Positions 50,084-61,800 of a stretch of 64,000 nucleotides of DNA are shown one piece after another. Made by a program: the position numbers and the translations under genes. The stretch lies in NCBI GenBank assembly GCA_030390025.1, contig CM059432.1, positions 45,882,001 to 45,946,000 on the forward strand, read 5' to 3'. Origin of the DNA: Squalus acanthias (Eukaryota). A model generated the notes under the pieces. It searched no databases, was not told the origin of the DNA, and worked only from the letters and a program-made list of their open reading frames with translations. How positions within the stretch are numbered: the first letter of the stretch is position 1; each line of letters opens with the position of its first letter.

Positions 50084-51034
50084 GTATAGTATAAATGGCA
50101 CAATTTTGAACAGTGTAGACGAGCAGAGAGACCTTGGTGTCTATATACACAAATCCTTTAAGGTGGCTGTGCAAGTTGATAAGGTGGTTAAAACAGTGTG
50201 TGGGTTACTTGGGATTATAAATAGAGGAATAGAAGATAAAAGCAAAGAGATTATGCTAGAAATGTATAAATCACTAGTTCGGCCTCAGCTGGAGTATTAT
50301 GGACATTTCTGGGTACCACATTTCAGGAAAGATGTACAGGCATTAGCAAGGGTACAGAGGAAGTTTACCAGAATTTTACCAGGGATGAGGGACTTCAGTT
50401 ATGAGAAGAGGTTGGAAAAGTTAGGACTGTTCTCCTTGGAACAGAGAAGGTTAAGTGGTGACCTAATAGAGGTTTTCAAGATGATGAAAGGTTTTGATAG
50501 AGCAGATAGAGAAAAACTATCCCTTCTGACGAGTGGGTCAATAACCAGAGGTCATAGATTTAAAATCTTTGGCAAAAGATCTAGAGGAGAGCTGAGGAGA
50601 ATTTTTTTTCACTCAGAGAGTTGTTGGGATCTGGAACTCTCTACTTGAAAAGATGGTGGAAGTTGATTCCATGAATAATTTTAAAAGGGAGTTGGACAAG
50701 TATTTGAAGATGAGTAGCTTACAGGGTTATGGCCAAAAAGCGGGGTGTGGGACTAAGCACAACTTCCCTATCAAAGAGCCAGCACATGCACAATGGGCCA
50801 AATGACCTCCTTCTATGCTGTAACTTTCTATGATTCTATTATTACACGGTACAAAGCATAGTGATAATATGACAGTGCTTTCTGAGAAAGCTGGGTTTCA
50901 GAACACCATTTTTCACATACCTCAATGGTACTTATGGTCTAATAATAAATTTCCTCTGAAGTTTTTTTTATTTCAAACCTCCCCATTCATTTATTTTTAA
51001 AACCTTTCTTCCCTCAATTTGCAACCCTTCTTTG

Positions 51035-51228
51035 AAAGGGTGGTGGAAGCAGATTCAATAGTAACTTTCAAAAGGGAATTCGATAAGGAAAAGGGAAAAG
51101 AAAAATTTTGCAGGGCTATGAGGTAAGAATAGGGGAGTGGGACTAAATGGATAGCTCTTTCAAAGAGCCAGCACAGGCACGATGGGCCGAATGTCTTCCT
51201 TCTGTTCTGTATGATTCTATGATTCTTT
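51035..51228 (+). mobile_element. CR1 3' end fragment
   Basis: Reads RVVEADSIVTFKREFD, followed by the CAAAGAGCCAGCACAGGCACGATGGGCCGAATG tail. Confidence 0.8.
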
Positions 51229-52919
51229 CCTGAAGGTGGTGACTCATGTCTGCATACAGTTCCATGGGCGTTGGACGTCCTCTGGTACCTTGCCAAAGTG
51301 GCTATTTTGCATGTGTGAGCCTGGATAATGAGCGTTAACAGGCTTTTTGATGGTAGATAAGCTTGTCGTCATCTGATGTTGACACATGCGCACTTTTGAT
51401 TAGTAATCAGGACTGGGAATCAGTGGCTGCTTTTTTTGCTCCCTCTCTAAGCCAGGGTTACTGAGGCCAATTTTAGCACCCCAGCTGTTCTACGTTAGGT
51501 CAGGTCTTTCCAGGTTCTGAAAGCATTCATATCAAACTGCTGCATTTCAGGCTGTATCACAATATTTAACTTTAGCAATCAATTTATTAAAAGTGCCCCC
51601 AGATTGAAATTGCCTTACGCCATGCAGTAAAAACAAAAACTACAGAATTATTAGCTAAAGCTTGGGGATCAGGCCAAAATATAGGAGATTCTACTCAGAG
51701 GTATAATATTTCTGATTATATTTAGTGTCATCTTTTTTGGAAGGGGAGGGAAATGTGCTATTTGTTCACTGCAAGTTATACTTTTTCCCCTTTCAATTGC
51801 ATTTAATATATGATACACCCCATTCCTTTAATTACCAGCATCAATATGATGCACTTAGCCTGCAATTGCAAAAATGGCACCATTTAATTGCAAGCCTCAT
51901 TGGTTTGTGGTAACTACATAATCTTAGAAATAGCTGCAGAACCTATAAAATAGAAGTCTAGTAATTTACTCCATAAAAAATAGCAGCACATCTTCAGTTT
52001 AAAGAAATTCCTATTGGAAAAAGCACAGAATCTCCAAATATAATAATATTTATTTCTAATGGAATTGTAGGCTAGACTGTTTAAATTATATTGTGTGGCA
52101 TCAGCAGTTGAATGAAAGAAGTGATGATAATTGCAAGTTGTTGCCAGTCACGATGAAGGATGATGCCAAAGAAATGTTATAACTAAATATGGCTACTATG
52201 TTTCTTATGTGTGTGGTTGTGACTTTTAACAGCAGAATAGACCTTACTGACAAAATGCTTATAGTCAGGGAAAGTAATCATGCGATTAAATTTTCTACTC
52301 CATCATTTTGTATATTTATCAGTTAATTGAGTACAAAGTTCATGTGTAAGAGAGTTATATTATGGGCGACTGAAGGAGTTTTCAAAATTGGAGAATAAAA
52401 TAAAAATGGTTCAATCAGACAGATTACTACAAAGCCAGGGTGAATAAGCAAACTTGGCCTGAATGATTGGTTCAGTTCATGTGAACTAACCTCGGCCTAT
52501 GACACTCAGAGGTAGAACTGAACGATTCAGGTCTCCACTTTCTTTATGGGAATGAATGGATGGAGTACAAGTTTACAAAATAATCCAATTAAAACAGATG
52601 TTCGATTGGTTAGATATTATCTCCCAATTAAATTTGTTTCTATCTGTTGCTTCTGCCACCCATAGTATTTTCTCATTGTCTGTCTATCTCATTGTTTTCT
52701 ATAATGTTCTGCTCTCTTTCTCTATACATGTTTCTCCTATAGCTTTTTCCATGTTCTTCTTCACCTGCCCTCTCCATTACATTTCTAAATTGCCAAGAAT
52801 ATGACTCCAATTACCAAGAAAGTCAGTAATACTGTAATACAAATAAAAAGTGTACAAATTATTTTCATTTGGTCTTTGGATAATGACACCACTGACAAGG
52901 CAATAATTATTGACCATGC

Positions 52920-53200
52920 TACTTGCCTGGAGGGTATTAAGAGTCATCTGGAGAGAGTGGAACTGGAATCACATGTAGACCAGACCAGGTAGGGGTGGCA
53001 GGTTTCTTCCTTAAAGGACATAAATAAACCAGCAGGATGTTTATGACAACCCAACAGCTTTTGTGCTTATTTTGCTGGTGCTAGCGAATAAATTACATGA
53101 GTCATTGAATTTAATTTCACAGATTAGTATGGTGGGATTTAAACACAGAACCACTGGATTGCTAGGCAAGCACCATAACCATGAGCATACCATACCCACT
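52920..53200 (-). mobile_element. Old tRNA-derived SINE
   Basis: Minus-strand head with A/B-box-like TGGTTATGG...GTTTAAATCCCACC and body TGTCCTTTAAGGAAGAAACCTGCC...CTACATGTGATTCCAG. Confidence 0.55.
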
Positions 53201-53584
53201 TGTGAATCTGATCGATTACTATTACTGTGACAGAATAATGCAGCTTTGTGTAATTATCTCTTAGACTTTGGCCTCCTCACTCAAACCCTTGTGCGCATAG
53301 AGATAGGTACATCAAACCTGATTCTGTTGTAACTACTGCTGGTTATGAACCCAAACAAGAGACCTCTGCACCCAGGGATCAAAGACTACAGCCGCAATTT
53401 TACTAACTTCAGCGGATCTGTCGTGGGCGGCGTCAGTGGTGGGACCTGACCCCGCTGCTGGCTCCATCCTGGCCTCTGAAATGAATTGGGTTTGTTAAGC
53501 CCACCCAGCACGTTTCCCGGTCAATTAGAAGAAGCGGGTCTGGTGACATTATTTGATGATGTGTCATCAGCTGGTTTACTTAAA

Positions 53585-54981
53585 GAGACAGGGCTTTAAA
53601 CTAATGAAGAGGGTGGTGGGAGGATTCAGGAAAGATTAAATTTAAAAGCAGCGAGAGAACTGTCAAGGCTCTAGAGCAGAGTAGGGTTTTGGGTAAAAAT
53701 AAGCAGAGTGGGTCAGGAAGGGACAGAGAGAGTAACAAAGGTAATAAGGCATCAGTGACTAAGGTGACATCAGGGAAAAAGAGAAATAAGTCAAAATTAA
53801 AGGCACTATATCTGAATGTGCGAAGCATTCGCAACAAAATAGATGAAATAATAGCGCAGATAGAAATTAAGAAGTTTGATCTAATAGCCATTACGGAGAC
53901 GTGGTTGCAATGTGGCCAAGGCTGGGAACTAAATATTCCAGGATACTTAACTTGTAGAAGAGATAGGCAAAATGGAAAAGGTGGAGGGGTAGCCCTGATA
54001 ATAAAGGTTGGGACAAAGTCAGTAGAAAGAAAGGATCTTAGCTCCGAAAATCAAGATGTAAAATCAGTTTGGGTGGAGCTAAGAAATAGCAAGAGGCAGA
54101 AAACATTGGTGGCAGATGTTTATAGGCCCCCAAACAGTAGTTGTAATGTAGGGCAGAGTATAAATCAGGAAATTAGAGGCGCATGTAACAAGGGTAATAC
54201 AGTAATCATGGGGGACTTTAATCTACATATAGACTGGGCAAACCAAATTTGCAGTAATATTGTGGAGGACAAATTAATGGAATGTATGCAAGATAGTTTT
54301 CTAGATCAGTATGTTGAGGAACCAACTAGGGAATAAGGCTATTTTAGTTCTAGTATTGTGCAACGAGAAAGGGTTAATTAATAACCTTGTAGTAAAGGGG
54401 CCTTTAGGGAAGAGTGACCATACTATGATAGAATGATATATTAAGTTTGAAAGTGATTCAGTTAAATCTGAAACTAGTGTCTGAAATCTAAACAAAGAAA
54501 ACTACGTAGATATGAGGGGCAAGTTGGCTAAGGTAGATTGGGAAACTACATTAAAAGGTATAATAGTAGAGAAGCAATGGCTAGCATTTAAAGAATTAAT
54601 ACATAATTTACAACAAATATACATTCCTTTAAGGCACAAAAGCTCCACAGGAAAATGGTCCAACCATGGCTAACAAGAGAAGTTAAAGATAGTATTAGAT
54701 CAATGGAAGAGAAGAGGCTTATAATGTTGTCAAAAAGTGTAGTAAGCCTGAGGATTGGGAGGATTTTAGAATTCAGCAAAGGAGGACCAAGACATTGATA
54801 AAGAAAAGGAAAATAGAATATGAGAGTAAACTAGCGAGAGATATAAAAACAGACTGTAAAACTTCTATAGGTATGTAAAAAGGAAAAGATTAGCGAAAGT
54901 AAATGTGGGTCCTTTACAGGCTGAGACAGGAGAAACTATAATGGGGAATAAAGAAATGGCAGAGAAATTAAACAAATACTT
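53585..54981 (+). mobile_element. CR1/HER1 LINE, ORF1 end plus ORF2 AP-endonuclease domain, degenerate
   Basis: ORF 53689-54336 reads LYLNVRSIRNK, IAITETW, GGGVAL, VYRPPN and MGDFN. Confidence 0.92.
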
Positions 54982-54982
54982 T

Positions 54983-55860
54983 GGCCGGAATTTTGCCAGT
55001 GCTCAGAGTGTGGGTTTGGAGGCGGGACCGCTGTCAAAATCGCAAAGATTGACAGCGGGTAGGAAACCCGCTGTCAACCTGCCTCCACGCGAGTCTCCCA
55101 GGTGTCGGGTCTGTCAGCGCAGAACTGACCCGACACCAAGCGGCGGGGGATACAAATCAACTACTTAAATGGCTTGTTAAGAGCCAATTTAAGAGTCTTT
55201 TGAGGCTTACTTGTAATTTTACCTTCTCCCCCACTGGTTACCCGCTGTTCGGGGAACACACCAGCTCAACCTGGCGTGTTTTGAGTCTGGTCTGATGTTT
55301 GTGAAAAGATGACAGTTGCAGAAGTGGTGTTAAGGATACCATGTTGCACATGGTGAGTTTCAGAGCACAGAAAATGTTGGTTACTGCATTTTTACTACAT
55401 ATACAGATTTCTTTAGCTTACAAGTTTTTAAATCCAGCTGTATGTCCAGTGCCATCTCATTGGAAGGACCTCTCTCACCAGTGACAGATCACTTCTGTCA
55501 CCTCACCTGCAGCTGCCATCTATTCCAGCAACATCGGAGCCAATGAAACAATCAGACCTTGGTCCTCCGAGTCCTTCCACAATCATCCCCGACACCAACA
55601 TCACCAACCTAATCACCAACCTTCGCCGCCATCACCTGATGCTGCACTGGACAAATGGCATCAGCCCTTGATAAAATTGTTGGCCAGGATAGCATCACCA
55701 TGGCCAGACTTTCTTCACTTGATGCTGTAAACCCTGGCTGCCACATGATGCACCAGGTTGATACCATCCCACACCAGCACTGTAAAGCATTCCATTAGTG
55801 TCCAAGCCATTCCATGCACACACATCACTACAGCAAGGCAGGGGCGGGGCGGTGGGGGGG
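54983..55860. mobile_element. Harbinger-type element fragment
   Basis: Begins GGCCGGAATTTTGCCAG, resembling the MITE TIRs, exactly where the CR1 reading stops. Confidence 0.5.
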
Positions 55861-58590
55861 GGAGTTATAAGAACATAAGAACATAAGAAATAGGAGCAGG
55901 AGTAGGCCAATCGGCCCTTCGAGCCTGCTCCGCCATTCAATAAGATCATGGCTGATCTGATCATCACCTCAAATCTAAAGAACACAAGAAGTAGGAGCAG
56001 GACCCGGCCACTCAGCCCCTGGGCCCGCTATGCCACCCACAGGGCCTCGACCGATCCGAACTCAGCCTCATTTCCAATTTCCTGCCCGCTCCCCGTAACC
56101 CCTAATTCCCTTTACTTCTAGGAAACTGTCTATTTCTGTTTTAAATTTATTTAATGATGTAGCTTCCACAGCTTCCTGGGGCAGCAAATTCCACAGACCT
56201 ACTACCCTCTGAGTGAAGAAGTTTCTCCTCATCTCAGTTTTGAAAGAGCAGCCCCTTATTCTAAGATTATGCCCCCTAGTTCTAGTTTCACCCATCCTTG
56301 GGAACATCCTTACCGCATCCACCCGATCAAGCCCCTTCACAATCTTATATGTTTCAATAAGATCGCCTCTCATTCTTCTGAACTCCAATGAGTAGAGTCC
56401 CAATCTACTCAACCTCTTCTCGTATGTCCACTCCCTCATCCCGGGGATTAACCGAATGAACCTTCTTTGTACTGCCTCGAGAGCAAGTATGTCTTTTCTT
56501 AAGTATGGACACCAAAACTGTATGCAGTATTCCAGATGCGGTCTCACCAATACCTTATATAACTGCAGCAATACCTCCCTGTTTTTATAATCTATCCCCC
56601 TAGCAATAAAAGCCAACATTCCGTTGGCCTTCTTGATCACCTGCTGCACCTGCATACTAACTTTTTGATTTTCTTGCACTAGGACCCCCAGATCCCTTTG
56701 TACTGCAGTACTTTCCAGTTTCTCGCCATTAAGATAATAACTTGCTCTCTGATTTTTCCTGCCAAAGTGCATAACCTCACATTTTCCAATATTGTATTGC
56801 ATCTGCCAAATCTCTGCCCACTCACCCAGCTTGTCTATATCCCCTTGTAGGTTTTTTATGTCCTCCTCACTTTCTACTTTCCCTCCCATCTTTGTATCAT
56901 CTGCAAACTTTGATATGTTACACTCGGTCCCCTCCTCCAAATCGTTAATATAGATTGTAAAGAGTTGGGGACCCAGCACCGACCCCTGCGGAACACCACT
57001 GGCTACTGGTTGCCAGTCCGAGAATGAACCATTTATCCCAACTCTCTGCTTCCTGTTAGATAACCAATCCTCCACCCATGCCAGAATATTACCCCCAATC
57101 CAGTGATTTTTTATCTTGAGCAATAATCTTTTATGTGGCACCTTGTCGAATGCCTTCTGGAAGTCTAAATACACTACGTCCATTGGTTCCCCTTTATCCA
57201 CCCTGTACGTTATGTCCTCAAAGAACTCAAGCAAATTTGTCAGACATGATTTCCCCTTCATAAAGCCATGCTGACTTTGTCCTATCAAATTATGTTTATC
57301 TAAATGTTCCGTTACTGTCTCCTTAATAATAGACTCCAAAATTTTACCCACCACAGATGTTAGACTAACTGGTCTATAATTTCCAGCTTTCTGCCTACTA
57401 CCCTTTTTAAATAAGGGTGTTACATTAGCAGTTTTCCAATCTGCCGGGACCTTTGCTGATTCCAGGGAATTTTGGAAAATTATTACCAAAGCATCCACAA
57501 TCCCTATTGCCACTTCCCTCAAGACCCTAGGATGTAAGCCATCAGGTCCGGGGGATTTATCCGCCTTGATTCCCATTATTTTACTGAGTACCAATTCCTT
57601 AGTGATTTTAATCGTATTTAGCTCCTCCCCCCCCTAGAGCCCCCTGTTTGTCCAGTGTTGGGATATTCTTAGTGTCCTCTATCGTAAAGACTGAAACAAA
57701 ATATTTGTTCAGCATTTTTGCCATCTCCATGTTTCCCACCATTAATTTCCCGGTCTCATCCTCTAAGGGACCTACGTTTGCCTTAGCCACCCTTTTTCTT
57801 TTTATATAACTATAGAAACTCTTGCTATCTGTTTTTATATTTTTTGCTAATTTATTTTCATAATCTATCTTCCCTTTCTTAATCAATCCTTTAGTTACTT
57901 TTTGCTGTCTTTTGAAGACTTTCCAATCTTCTATCCTCCCACTAAGTTTGGCTACCTTATATGTCCTTGTTTTTAGTTGGATACTATCCTTAATTTCTTT
58001 ACTTAGCCACGGATGGCTGTCATTTCTTTTACACCCTTTTTTCCTCAGTGGAATATATATTTTTTGAAAGTTGTAAAATAACTCCTTAAATGAACACCAC
58101 TGCTCATGTACCGTCTTACCCTTTAATCTATTTTCCCAGTCCCCTTTAATCAATTCCGCTCTCATACCATCATAGTCTCCTTTATTCAAGCTCAGTACGC
58201 TTGTCTGAGAACCAACCTTCTCACCCTCTAATTGGATATGGAATTCAACCATGTTATGGTCACTCATTCCAAGAGGATCCTTAACTAGGACATTATTAAT
58301 TAATCCTGACTCATTACACAGGACCAGGTCCAAGGTTGCTTGCCCCCTTGTAGGATCAGTTACATACTGCTCAAGAAATCCATCCCTAATACACTCAATA
58401 AACTCTTCCTCAAGGCTGCCCTGCCCAATTTGATTTGTCCAGTTAATATGATAGTTAAAATCCCCCATAATTATAGCTGTTCCCTTATTACATGCCCCAA
58501 CTATTTCCTGATTAATACTTCTTCCAGCAGAGTTGCAACTATTAGGAGGCCTATATACTACTCCCACTAGTGTTTTTTTCCCTTTATTAT

Positions 58591-58784
58591 TGTGGTAACA
58601 CAATACAGCTTCCTGTGACTCGAACTTTATTGCATCACTTCCTGTGATTAGTCCAGGATAAATACTGGACTGAGCAGTTGGATCCTGGAGAGGCATAGAG
58701 TAAGACCTCTTTTGTATGTAGCACCTTTTTAGTTTTTTAAAGCTTACTTTAAGTTCACCACGCGTAAGGCTCATTCTTATGACA
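58591..58784 (+). repeat. 5' LTR
   Basis: TGTGGTAAC...TATGACA; differs from the 3' LTR at 3 positions by eye. Confidence 0.95.
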
Positions 58785-58862
58785 ATTTAATCAACTTTGA
58801 AAAACTTCGCACTCAAACTTTTTGGACGAACTCGGAACTAAGGATCCAGGGAATCACCCATC

Positions 58863-61800
58863 ATGGAAAACATCCTTAAACCATCGCGTCTTGACTTGGA
58901 CCCAAACACCCCAGCAGCCGGTAAGGTGTGGAAACACTGGTATCGCACGTTTGACAATTTTCTCGAATATTGCAAGGCTGATGATGACACAAAGTTGCGG
59001 ATACTCATCAACTGTGTCACTCCGAATGTATTTCAGTATGTTGAGGAATGGGGCAGTTATGAGGAGGCAATTCGGACGCTTAAAAGACTATATACTAAGA
59101 CACCGAATGAGGTCTATGCCAGACATCTACTAGCTACAGCCCAACAAGGGCCGGAGGAATCCATTGATAAATTCCTCCAAGAGCTTCGCAGACTTAGTAT
59201 GGACTGTAACTTTCAGGCGGCCTCAGCTGAGCTGTACCGTGAAGAAATGATCCGTGATGCTTTCATCTGCGGGCTTGCCTCCCCATTTATACGCCAGCGT
59301 CTACTGGAAAGTAAGACACTTGAGCTTCAGAGAGCTTATGACATGGCTTGCTCTCTAGATCTGGCAAAAAGAAATGCAGACCTTTATACAGTGCCCAGAC
59401 CTCGGTCTGCTGCCTTAACTACAGTCAGGCAATTTAAGAGGCCACAGGTGAACTCTATTAGGGAGGACTTTATCCCTGACGATCAATCTGATGACTTCAC
59501 TGATGAAGAGGATGATGACCCCACTGTGGCAGCCTCTTGGCAATCTAAGAAATGCTTCTTTTGTGGTGATGAGTTTCACCCTCGGAAATTCTGCCCTGCT
59601 CGCAATGCGTTTTGCAGTCATTGCAACAAAAAGGGTCATTTTGCAAAGGTTTGCCTATCAAGAGCCTCTACGAGGGCTTATCAAGCTAAGTCCTACCGAA
59701 CTGCCCCGGTAAGGGCCTATCAAGATGTTCCGGCTAAAATCTATCGTGCTTCCTCTCGGGTTTTCTCTCGAAGAAACACACCTAGAGTTTCAGCCACTCT
59801 TTGTGCAACGACACCAATTACAGCTGCTTGTCCTCAGAACCTATTCCATGCAGCTACAAAAGCATCAATTAATGGACATACTTTAGATGCCTTAATTGAC
59901 TCAGGTAGTACTGATAGTTTCATTAGGGAACAGATTGTTGCAGAGTTAAAGCTACATGTTTTCCCATCGGACCAGGCAATTGCAATGGCTCAGCCATCAC
60001 TTAATACCAGAATTTCTGGCTTTTGTATGGTTGAAATAACACTTAATGGTCGCAGGTATCCCTCCACCCGGCTTTCGGTGCTCAAGGACTTATGTAGTGA
60101 TCTTATCTTAGGGCTGGATTTTCAAAAGCAGCATAAGAAGCTCACCATTGAGTTCGGCGGATCCAAACCTGAACTCACTATTTCTAATATACGACCTCGA
60201 TTACCGTTCTGTGCATTGTCAGCAGCTTCACTGGATGAACCCTCACTGTTTACCAGTATCCCTCCTCGATGCAAACCGATTATAACAAAGTCACGACGTT
60301 TCAGTCAGGAAGACCAGTCTTTTATTGCGGCTGAGATTTCTCGGCTTTTAGCAGAGGATATCATCGAGCCTTGTTCGTCGCCATGGCGCGCCCAGGTCGT
60401 TATTGTTAAGAACCCTCTACAACCTCACAAGAAATGGCTGTGCATTGACTATTCACAGACCATCAATCAATATACGGACTTGGACGCATACCCATTGCCG
60501 CGCATCGATGATATGGTTAATAAACTGGCTGAGTACACGGTGTTCTCAACATATGATCTGAAAAGTGCCTATCATCAGGTACCCTTGAAGGTCTCAGACA
60601 AGCAGTATACGGCCTTTGAAGCCAATGGACGGCTGTATCAATTTCGTCGCCTCCCCTTTGGGGTCACTAATGGAGTGGCTGTCTTCCAGCGAGCAATGGA
60701 TGACCTGGTCAAACAGGAAGACTTGAAGGATACGTTTCCTTATCTGGACAATATTACTGTCGCAGGTCGCAATCAGCGGGAACATGACACCAATCTCCAA
60801 CGATTTTGGGATGCACTCCAGCACCGTAATTTGACATTAAATGCGGCTAAATCCATTGAGTCACAACCAACCATCAACATCCTTGGCTATTGTGTGGGCA
60901 ATGGCATCATTAAACCTGACCCTGAAAGGCTTCGCCCACTCCAAGAGCTCCCGCCACCTAAGAATCCAGCCTCCTTGCGCCGGGCCCTCGGCCTGTTTGC
61001 ATACTATGCTAAATGGATTCCTAACTTCTCAGACCGAATCCAACCTCTACTGAAGGCCAGCACATTCCCACTAGACACAGCGGCTGTTGCAGCCTTTAAC
61101 CTCCTGAAAAAACAGTTGGAGAAAGCGGCTCTTCACTCCATCGATGAGAGTCTTCCTTTTGTTGTTGAGTGTGATGCCTCGGAGGTGGCGATCTCGGCCA
61201 CTCTGAATCAGGAAGGTCGTCCGGTGGCATTTTTGTCTAGGACTTTTCAAGGGGCTGAGCTACATTATCCTCCAGTCGAGAAAGAAGCTACAGCCATCAT
61301 AGAGGCAGTACGGAAGTGGACTCATCTCCTAGCTCACCAGCACTTTACCTTAATCACGGACCAGCGATCGGTCGCCTTCATGCTCGATAATCGAAAACGG
61401 ACCAAAATTAAAAATAATAAAATCCAGCTTTGGCGGCTGGAATTGGCCTCTTTTGGTTACACCATCCACTATCGACCTGGCAAGGAGAATGTGGCTCCGG
61501 ATACCCTCACACGAGCATTCTGCTCCGCCATGGCACCCTCTACGCTAGTAGACATCCATGATGGGTTGTGTCATCTGGGCGTTACTCGCATGCTACACTT
61601 CGTGCGGTCCCGAAATCTCCCATTCTCTACCGGGGATGTAAAGAAGATGTGCTCGGACTGCAGAGTCTGTGCGGAATTGAAACCTCAGTTTTTCCGCCCC
61701 TCGGGTGGTATACTCATACAAGCGACCCAGCCAATGCAACGGCTTAGCATCGATTTTAAGGGGCCGTTGCCCTCTTCAACTCGCAACACTTATCTATTGA

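Larger units (their letters stand above)
41261..50840 (+). mobile_element. Older CR1 ORF2/3' end split into five pieces by later insertions
   Basis: Collinear pieces: EAHGIKGKVAVWIQ (41261-41305); ...VPQGSVLG...NDLDSG (41838-41977); VGSSIIKFADDTKLG...WAET (44336-44462); MEFNVERCEVM (48611-48677); YSINGTIL...3' tail (50084-50840). Confidence 0.8.

Noticed and set aside
57608..58774. 388-aa ORF starting MSLTRGELK
   Set aside because: The N-terminus is antisense Gypsy LTR read in frame into the interrupted CR1 ORF2. The same peptide appears at 62728-63021.
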